Assembly (NCBI GenBank): GCA_964552795.1
Contig: CAZKIO010000054.1
Location: forward strand, 3,609-27,608
DNA length: 24,000 nucleotides
Reading direction: 5' to 3'
From: an uncultured Planctomycetaceae bacterium
GTDB lineage: Bacteria; Planctomycetota; UBA1135; GCA-002686595
The notes beneath the pieces are model-generated. The model had not been told where the DNA came from. It did not search any database and worked only from the letters and a program-made list of their open reading frames with translations. The translations under genes and the position numbers were made by a program. Within the stretch, counting starts at the first letter, position 1. Each line of letters opens with the position of its first letter. Below, one piece after another: positions 5,859-13,795 of this stretch.

Positions 5859-8758
5859 TACGGTCGTTCCGCGCGCAGGCGGCGGTATCCGACGCGCGAC
5901 CCGCCGGTCAAGGCCGGCAGGCTGGGCAGCGGCGCCACGACGAAGTTCACGCCGCTGACGTTGCCGTCGACGGTGACCAGTGCGGGATCGTTGAGCGTCG
6001 GGTACAGGCCGCAGTACGTGTCGCCGTCGCCGCAGATGAAGCCGTCGTCGTTGTCGTCCGAGCCGCACACGATCAGGTAGTCGCCCGGCGGCAGCAGCAA
6101 TCCGTTCGACGTGGTCAGCTCGTCGAGCCGGTAGGCCAGCGTGATGCTGGGGTTCACGACCCCCTCCGCGATCGTGACGAGGTCGTCGCCCGAAAGGTCC
6201 ACGGCCAGGACGAACAGGTCGACGTCCAGCGGCGGCGTCGCGTCGACGGTGACGTTCACCGGGACGACGACCGTGCCTGCGCTGCTGGGGATCGTCACGT
6301 CCGAGGCGTAGTCGCCCGCCGCCGCCAGCGACGGATGGGCGCGGTTGACGGTCACGCGCAGCGCCGTGACGTTGATCGGCGAGCCCGGTGCCGCGCCGGT
6401 GGGCACGAGCGAGAGCCACGGATCGCCCGGGACCGCGCTGTTCACCGTGATCGTGCCGCCGCCGCCGTTGGACAGCGCCAGCGTGAGCTGGGTGCTGGCG
6501 GTGCCGAAGTTCAGCGCCACCGGGTTGACGACGAAGACCGGGTCGGTCGTGCCGCCCGGCGCGCCCGCCGATTGCACGGCCGCCAGCGCGTCGACCAGCC
6601 CGGCGCCGTAGATCGAGTCCTGGCCGGCCGCGCCCAGGTCGATCGCGGTCTGCTTGAGCTTCGTCTCGATCTGCGCCGGAGTCAGCGACGGATCGATGCT
6701 CTTCATCATCGCGGCCACGCCCGCCGCGTGCGGACAGGCCATCGACGTGCCCTGGTAGAACACGTAGATGGGGTTGCCGGCCGTGTTGACCAGCGTCGAC
6801 AGCACGCCGTCGACGTAGCCGTCGCCGTCCTGGTCCACCGCGGTGTTCCCGCCCGGCGCACACAGGTCCACCGACGCGTGGAAGTTCGAGTACGGCGCCT
6901 TCAACGCGTTGCGGTCGACCGCGGAGACCGAGATCACGCCGGCGTAGGCCGCGGGATAGAACGCCTGCCCCGAGTTCTCGTTGCCCGCGGCGGCGAGGAT
7001 CACGGCGCCCGCGTTGCGCGCCGCGGTGACGGCGTTCTGCATCGTCGAGGACGAGCCCGGTCCGCCCAGGCTCAGGTTGATCACCTGGATCGTGCCCAGG
7101 GGCAGGGTCGGGATGCCGGTGTTGGTGAGGCCGGCCGCGTAGCGCACGGCGCGCGCGATGTCGAAGTCGGAACCGCCGCCGATGCCGAGCACGCGCAGGT
7201 GCACGACCTGGACGGGGACGGGGCCGACCGCCGCCACGCCGGCGATGCCCGCACCGTTGTTCGTGACCGCTGCGATCGTCCCGGCCACGTGCGTGCCGTG
7301 GAAGCTGGAGGGTCCCAGGCCCGAGCTGTCGCCCACGTCGAACGCGTTGGAGTCCGGTCCGCCCCCGTCGCCGGCCACCGCGGCGTCGGTGATGAAGTCG
7401 TACTCGATGTCGGTGCGCGTGTTGGCGTCGAGGTCCGTGTGCGGCCTGCGGCCGGTGTCGACGACCGCCACGCGGACCTGCGTCGGCGTGGTCCCGCCGC
7501 TGAACGCGAGCAGCGACGCCCACGCCTCGGGCAGCCGCATCAGCGGGTAGTGCCACTGCAAGCCGTAGAACGAGTCGTCCGGCGTGAACGTGCCGCCGCC
7601 CTGCACGGTGCGGATCAGGTTGAGCTCGGCGTACTCGACGCGCGGGCTGGCCGCGAGCGAGCGCACGAGCGCGACGGTCGCGCGCGCGCGGTCCTCCGCG
7701 CTGCCGTCGAGCGGAAGCTGCGTCACGGCGAGGTGCGCCTCGGCGGGGATGCGGTCGCGGTCGACGAGCCCGCGCGCGGCGAGGTCGACGGCGAGGTCGG
7801 CGCCCGCGCGCGGCTTGACCAGCACCTCGCCCGCACGCGCCGGCAGCACCGTGCGCCCGTAGACCAGTTCCGCGTCGGCGCCGTTCCAGGCGGCGCGCTC
7901 GGCGTCGAGCGGCGCCACGCGCGCGAGCGCCGGCGGAGCCAAGGCCGCCGCGGCGCCGGAGGAGCGCAGGAGGACCGGGCCCGCGCACTCCAGCGCGACG
8001 CGCTGCAGCGGCGCGAGCTCGACGACGGCCGTCGCTGCGGCGGGCACCTCGGCCAGGAGCGTCGCCGGCTCCATCGAGAGGTCGAACACGCGCACGGGGC
8101 CCGCCTCCGGGGCTGCGTTCTCGACGGCAAGCGCCTGGCGCTCGGCGCTGGTGAGCTCGAAGCGCCCCGTCCCCTGCGGCGCGAGCATGCGCTGATCGCC
8201 GGCCGAGAGCGCACCGATCCAGCCGGCGCGCGCGATCGCGCCCGATGGCGCGCGCACGCGCACCGCGAGCTGGTAGGCGCCCTCGCCGTCCTCGGTCCTC
8301 ACGACCAGGTCGAAGGGGCCCGCGGCATGGAACACCAGCGTGCCGTCCGCGCCGGAGCGCGCTGCCAGTGCCATGCCCAGCGGATCGAAGACCGCGAGCT
8401 CCGCGCGCAGCGCCGCGCCCGCCGCGGACTCCAGACGGGCCTCGACGGTGCCGGCTGTCGGAGCCGCGAACGCGAACGCGTCGATGCGGTCGCCGGCGCC
8501 GAGCACGCCGCGGATCGACAACGCCGCACCGGGCTGGAGGGCTCCGATCGGCTGCGCCTGGTCGACCGTGTCGTTGGGCTCGGATTCGGTGAGCGGCGTG
8601 ACCACCTCGGGAACGAAGAGCACGGTTCCGGAAACCGCGCCGGCGTCGGTGGGGCCGCCGCCGACGTCGCCGTCGCCGTCGGTGCTGCAGGCGGAGATCA
8701 GCGGCAGGAGCAGCGCGCAGGGCGCGAGGACGAGCGTGATGTGGCGGATTCGGCGCAT
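5858..8758 (-). CDS. Subtilisin-like serine protease (peptidase S8) lipoprotein with N- and C-terminal accessory domains, 966 aa
   Basis: Track ORF 5858..8977, trimmed to ATG 8758 (MRRIRHITLVLAPCALLLPLISAC, lipobox ISAC), preceded by AAGGA. Catalytic triad motifs: VAVVDTG (Asp434), HGTHVAGTIAA (His487), GTSMACPHAAGVAA (Ser672), so the S8 core is roughly 6584-7486. An N-terminal SEPNDTVDQAQPIG...GDRIDAFAF resembles a pre-peptidase (PPC)-type domain. The C-terminal region has Ig-like segments and an acidic Cys-containing stretch. Confidence 0.9.
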   Translation of the reverse strand: MRRIRHITLVLAPCALLLPLISACSTDGDGDVGGGPTDAGAVSGTVLFVPEVVTPLTESEPNDTVDQAQPIGALQPGAALSIRGVLGAGDRIDAFAFAAPTAGTVEARLESAAGAALRAELAVFDPLGMALAARSGADGTLVFHAAGPFDLVVRTEDGEGAYQLAVRVRAPSGAIARAGWIGALSAGDQRMLAPQGTGRFELTSAERQALAVENAAPEAGPVRVFDLSMEPATLLAEVPAAATAVVELAPLQRVALECAGPVLLRSSGAAAALAPPALARVAPLDAERAAWNGADAELVYGRTVLPARAGEVLVKPRAGADLAVDLAARGLVDRDRIPAEAHLAVTQLPLDGSAEDRARATVALVRSLAASPRVEYAELNLIRTVQGGGTFTPDDSFYGLQWHYPLMRLPEAWASLLAFSGGTTPTQVRVAVVDTGRRPHTDLDANTRTDIEYDFITDAAVAGDGGGPDSNAFDVGDSSGLGPSSFHGTHVAGTIAAVTNNGAGIAGVAAVGPVPVQVVHLRVLGIGGGSDFDIARAVRYAAGLTNTGIPTLPLGTIQVINLSLGGPGSSSTMQNAVTAARNAGAVILAAAGNENSGQAFYPAAYAGVISVSAVDRNALKAPYSNFHASVDLCAPGGNTAVDQDGDGYVDGVLSTLVNTAGNPIYVFYQGTSMACPHAAGVAAMMKSIDPSLTPAQIETKLKQTAIDLGAAGQDSIYGAGLVDALAAVQSAGAPGGTTDPVFVVNPVALNFGTASTQLTLALSNGGGGTITVNSAVPGDPWLSLVPTGAAPGSPINVTALRVTVNRAHPSLAAAGDYASDVTIPSSAGTVVVPVNVTVDATPPLDVDLFVLAVDLSGDDLVTIAEGVVNPSITLAYRLDELTTSNGLLLPPGDYLIVCGSDDNDDGFICGDGDTYCGLYPTLNDPALVTVDGNVSGVNFVVAPLPSLPALTGGSRVGYRRLRAERP

Positions 8759-8844
8759 GGGAGATCCTTTCGCGCGCGCTGGGGCGCGACGGCGGCAATC
8801 GTACCGCAACGCGCGCGCGTCTTCCCGGCCGTCGCGCGCGCCGT

Positions 8845-9488
8845 TCAGGAGCCGCGGAGCGTTCCGGCGAGCAGATCGCGGAACCGGAGCTCGATCCGGT
8901 CCTCGACCGCGCGCGGATCGGGCGGCGTGTCGACGTGGTCGGCGAGGCGCGTCATGACGTCGGGATCCAGGCCGCACGGCTGGAACGACCGGAACTGCGC
9001 GAGGTCCGTGCTGACGTTCAGCGCGAAGCCGTGCCAGGTCACCCAGCGGCGCACCGCCACGCCGATGGAGGCGATCTTGCGCGTGCCGACCCAGACGCCC
9101 GTCAACCCCGGCTCGCGGCGGCCCTCGACGCCGAAGTCGCCGAGCGCCGCGATCAGCACCTGCTCGAGCCCGCGCAGCCAGGCGTGCAGGTCGCGGCGCC
9201 CTTCCGCGAGGAGCACGATCGGGTAGCCGACGATCTGCCCCGGTCCGTGGAACGTCGCTTCCCCCCCGCGTTCGACGGACACGACCGGGACGCGCACGTC
9301 CGCGACCGAGGCCGCGCCCGTGCCGCGCCCCACGGTCACGACCGGCTCGTGCTCGGTGAACAGGAGCAGGTCGGGGACCGCGCCCGCGATGCGCTGCTCG
9401 AGCAGCTCCTGCTGGAGCCGGTGCGCGTCCGCGTACTGCGTCCGGCCCAGCCGGCGCACCTCGAGCGCGCGACCGCCGGCCGTGCCGC

Positions 9489-9492
<4 letters not shown>
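8845..9492 (-). CDS. lipB: Octanoyltransferase LipB (lipoyl(octanoyl) transferase), 215 aa
   Basis: This is the C-terminal part of track ORF 8845..11043. Sequence: LEVRRLGRTQYADAHRLQQEL...LLLFTEHEPVVTVGRG...GGEATFHGPGQIVGYPI...TRKIASIGVAVRRWVTWHGFALNV...FQPCGLD, which contains the conserved Lys (RKIAS) and Cys (PCG). The GTG start at 9492 overlaps the lpd stop (GTGA). Confidence 0.85.
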
Positions 9493-10886
<1,394 letters not shown>

Positions 10887-11057
10887 GGAGATCCTTGGGT
10901 TGGGGGCGTCGGCGGGGCACCGCCGGCGATCGTGGGCCGAGCAGTCTAGCGAGCCCGGTGTCGGCGCGCTCCCCCGTCCGCGCCGCGGCGCGGTAGAGTC
11001 TGCGCCACTCCCCCCCCGCTCGCACCGCCCCGGGCCGATTCAAGGCCCGCGCTCACC

Positions 11058-12275
11058 ATGGACGCACTCCTCGTACGCCCGCGCTCCGCCTTCGCATTCC
11101 GTTCCGCTCTCGCGCTGTTCGCGGCGTGCGCAGCCGCGTCGGCCGCGCACGCGCAGATCGCGCGCGGCGCGACGCACGTCGCCGCTGCGCGGCGTCCGCT
11201 GCCGGAGTGGCGCGTCGTCGGCAGCGGCCCCGTCAGCTCGGGCACGGTGCTGTGTCCCCAGATCCTGGTTTCGCCCGCGGGCGTTCCGACCATCGCGTAC
11301 CAGGACTTCAACGCCACGTTCCACAGATTGAGCGCCAAGCGCTTCGCCAACGGCGCGTGGCAGTCGTTCGGTCCGACCGGCACGGGCAGCCTCGGCGACG
11401 CCTGGTACAACCGCATGGCGTTCGACGCGCAGGGCGCGCTGGTGGTCGCGTGCCGCGACTACGGTCTGTTCGGCGGCCTCGGAGTGCGCCGGTGCGGCAC
11501 GCCGGGATCGACCTGGCAACTCGTCGGCGGCGCCGCCGCCAGCGCGGGCGAGGCGCACTACACCGACATCGTTCTGCTCGGGGACGGTTCCCCCATCGTC
11601 GCCTACCAGGACCGCACGACGACGCCGCCGGACCGCACCAGCGTCGCGCGGCTGGGCGCGAACGGCTGGGAGCAGCTCGGCCCGCCCGGCATCAGCGCCA
11701 GCAGTTCCTCGTACCAGTCGATCGCGCTCGCGCCGGACGGCACGCTGCTGTGCGCGTTCACGGACTACGCGTACGGAGGCCGCGCCGTCGCCCTGCGCTG
11801 GGACGAGACGGCGCAGGAGTGGCAATCCGTCGGGGCCCCGGGCTTCACGCCCGACATCCCCAACAACCTCGTGCTGCGCATCGCTCCGGACGGCACGCCG
11901 CACGTCGCCTACTACGTCTGGAACCAGCGCGTGATCGTGCGCCGCTTCGACGGCACGGGGTGGCCGCAGCTCGGCGCCAGCGTGACCGGCGCCGACCAGC
12001 CGACCGTCGAGACCGAGGGCTGGCGGCAGTGGCTGTCGCTCGACTTCGACCGGCTCGGCCGACCCTGGGTCGCGTATCAGGCGCAGAACCTGGGCCGCAA
12101 GGCGGTGGTCAAGCGCTGGAATGCCGACGCCGCGACCTGGGACACGGTGGGAGCACCGGCGTTCACGCCCGCGGCCGCGGACTATCTCTCCATGGATCTG
12201 GGACCGGACGACACGCCGTACGTGGTGTTCCGCGACGGCGCGACGCAGCGGGCGCTGGTGATGGCCTGGCACTAG
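11058..12275 (+). CDS. Secreted repeat protein with seven ~50-aa repeats, predicted 7-bladed beta-propeller, uncharacterised family, 405 aa
   Basis: Signal peptide ...AACAAASAAHA|Q. The seven repeats start at W51, W101, W153, W204, W255, W302 and W361. Each follows the pattern W-x-x-[VLF]-G ... D/G-x-P-x-[VI]-A-[YF]-x-D ... [VA]-x-R-[WF]. Third codon positions are strongly G/C. Confidence 0.8.
   Translation: MDALLVRPRSAFAFRSALALFAACAAASAAHAQIARGATHVAAARRPLPEWRVVGSGPVSSGTVLCPQILVSPAGVPTIAYQDFNATFHRLSAKRFANGAWQSFGPTGTGSLGDAWYNRMAFDAQGALVVACRDYGLFGGLGVRRCGTPGSTWQLVGGAAASAGEAHYTDIVLLGDGSPIVAYQDRTTTPPDRTSVARLGANGWEQLGPPGISASSSSYQSIALAPDGTLLCAFTDYAYGGRAVALRWDETAQEWQSVGAPGFTPDIPNNLVLRIAPDGTPHVAYYVWNQRVIVRRFDGTGWPQLGASVTGADQPTVETEGWRQWLSLDFDRLGRPWVAYQAQNLGRKAVVKRWNADAATWDTVGAPAFTPAAADYLSMDLGPDDTPYVVFRDGATQRALVMAWH
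11208..12272 (+). repeat. Seven tandem protein-level repeats (period about 150 nt) inside the propeller-like CDS
   Basis: Repeat starts: WRVVGSGP, WQSFGPTG, WQLVGGAA, WEQLGPPG, WQSVGAPG, WPQLGASV, WDTVGAPA. Each is followed by a ...P.VAYQD/VAYYV/VVFRD strand. The repeats are diverged at the nucleotide level. Confidence 0.7.
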
Positions 12276-12314
12276 CAGCCCGTCGAGGGAATCCCGTCGC
12301 CAGGCGGCGCGGGG

Positions 12315-12331
12315 TTCCTCGGGGCGAGGAA
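12315..12331 (+). terminator. Small hairpin 40 nt downstream of the propeller gene stop
   Basis: ttcctcg-ggg-cgaggaa gives a 7-bp stem. There is no U-tract. Confidence 0.2.
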
Positions 12332-12504
12332 GGCGCGGGAGAGGCGGCGGAAGCGGCCTGCTCGGTCGCCGAGCACGACTCGGCGAGCCGGACGACGGCC
12401 CGGCGAACCCCACGCCGCCGGAGCAGGGAGTTTCTCACCGGGCTGCCGGGGCCGGGCGCGCTCCGGGGCCGTCGATCGGGTAGTCTTCCGCCCCCTTTCC
12501 GCAG

Positions 12505-13140
12505 ATGGCCACCCAGACCCAGCCCCGGACGCACTGCCCGACCTGCGGCGCCAAGCTGCACCGCACCGACCTGTCGCTGTGCGCGTACTGCGCCACGCCG
12601 CTGTCGATCGCGGACGAGCCCGGCGCGATCGACGACGAGACGATCCGGCGGCTCAAGCGGTTGCGCGATCACAAGCTCTTCGGCGCGGCGTTGGCCTACA
12701 CGCCGCTCGACCACGTGGTCGAGCAGCGGCGCGGCACGCTGCTGACCGTCGGGACCCTGGCGCTGCTCCTGGGCATCGGCCCCGCGCTGGCGCTCGCCTG
12801 GAACGCGATCGAGGGCGGACCCTGGATCGTCTGGGCGGCGGCGACGGCGATCTGCGCGCTGGTCGGCTTGTCCGCGCTGTGGCGTCGCGCGATGCTGCGC
12901 CGGACGGCCGGCGCGCTGGCGATGCTGCGGCGGCCGGCGCTGGTGGTGACGCGGCGCAGCGAGACCGACGCGGACGGCGCGGGCACGACCTACTTCTTCA
13001 CGCTGCGCTTCGACGACGGCGCCGAGGGCGAGTTCGCGTGGCCGGCGCGCGGCGCGGCCTACGAGCCGCTGTCGAACGGCTACACCGGGATCGCCTACAC
13101 GCGCGGCACGGTGCTCGTCGACTTCCGCCGGCTCACCTGA
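12505..13140 (+). CDS. Zinc-ribbon membrane protein with two TM helices and a DUF2500-like C-terminal domain, 211 aa
   Basis: N-terminal CPTCG-x12-CAYC zinc ribbon. Two hydrophobic helices: LLTVGTLALLLGIGPALALAW and WIVWAAATAICALVGLSALW. The C-terminus TYFFTLRFDDGAEGEFAWPARGAAYEPLSNGYTGIAYTRGTVLVDFRRL resembles the DUF2500 pattern (..tF....g.r.eF.v....Y..l..Gd.G.l.yqGt....F). GC3 bias is strong, but I found no clear SD. Confidence 0.6.
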   Translation: MATQTQPRTHCPTCGAKLHRTDLSLCAYCATPLSIADEPGAIDDETIRRLKRLRDHKLFGAALAYTPLDHVVEQRRGTLLTVGTLALLLGIGPALALAWNAIEGGPWIVWAAATAICALVGLSALWRRAMLRRTAGALAMLRRPALVVTRRSETDADGAGTTYFFTLRFDDGAEGEFAWPARGAAYEPLSNGYTGIAYTRGTVLVDFRRLT

Positions 13141-13268
13141 GCCGCCGCGGCGCGGCCGGCGCCCTGAGGAAGCGGAAAGCGGAACTGGAGGGCCGCCACC
13201 AGCCGCAACGGAAGCAGACGCTCCGGCCGGCGCACGGGTCCCTCCACCGTTTCGATACTCGTTGAAGT

Positions 13269-13315
13269 TCCGCAAGTCCGCAAGGCCCGCCGGCACGGAT
13301 CGGATGTTCGATCCG
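13269..13315 (+). promoter_or_regulatory. Tandem octamer plus 7-bp-stem palindrome just upstream of the b562-like gene
   Basis: tccgcaag occurs twice in tandem (13269-13276 and 13277-13284). The palindrome is cggatcg-gatgtt-cgatccg (13296-13315), ending 23 nt before ATG 13339. This lies in the least GC-rich stretch of the intergenic region. Confidence 0.2.
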
Positions 13316-13338
13316 CGGACGGCCGGTACTCTGGGAGC

Positions 13339-13794
13339 ATGAGCCGAATCCAACGATCGATGCTGTTCCTGCCCCTGGCCCTCCTGGCGTGCGCCACGCC
13401 GCTGCTCCTGGGATCCGCCGCACCGGAGGCCGCCTGGGTCGCGCGGGACGGCGAGCTCGACGACTCGATGCAGGAAATGCAGGCCGGCATCAAGGGGCTC
13501 GAGCGGGCGCTGGGCGCCAAGGACGCGGCCAAGGCGCTCTCCGCCGCGTACGACATGCAGAAGGCGGTGCAGGCGGCAAAGCTGCAGAAGCCGGCCAAGG
13601 TCGACGAGATCGCGGACCCCAAGGACAAGGAGAAGTTCCTGCGCGGATTCCGGCTCAAGCTGATCGACCTGCAGCGCGCGCTGCTCGACGTCGAGGCCAA
13701 CCTCGTCGAAGGCAAGATCGACGAGGCCAAGAAGCTGGCCGACACCCGACTGAAGGCGCTCAAGAAGGAAGGGCACGACACCTACAAGGACTGA
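13339..13794 (+). CDS. Cytochrome b562-family four-helix-bundle protein, exported, 151 aa
   Basis: It aligns by eye along its whole length to E. coli soluble cytochrome b562. LDDSMQEMQAGIKGLE matches LEDNMETLNDNLKVIE, KFLRGF matches DFRHGF, VEGKIDEAK matches NEGKVKEAQ, and EGHDTYK matches AYHQKYR. Both axial ligands are retained: Met44 (13468-13470) and His146 (13774-13776). The N-terminal signal peptide has a possible lipobox, LLAC. Confidence 0.8.
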   Translation: MSRIQRSMLFLPLALLACATPLLLGSAAPEAAWVARDGELDDSMQEMQAGIKGLERALGAKDAAKALSAAYDMQKAVQAAKLQKPAKVDEIADPKDKEKFLRGFRLKLIDLQRALLDVEANLVEGKIDEAKKLADTRLKALKKEGHDTYKD

Positions 13795-13795
13795 G

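Noticed and set aside
5685-9226. A 1037-aa - ORF (5685..8798) and a 963-aa + ORF (6335..9226) over the subtilase locus
   Set aside because: Their composition is extremely Arg/Gly/Ala/Pro-biased. The alternative minus-strand frame (5858..8758) carries the D/H/S subtilase triad and a lipobox.
12021-12032. The WRQW motif as evidence for C-mannosylation
   Set aside because: A single WxxW in a Trp-rich repeat protein is expected by chance. It is mentioned only as a testable idea under the Dpy-19-like finding and is not claimed as a feature.
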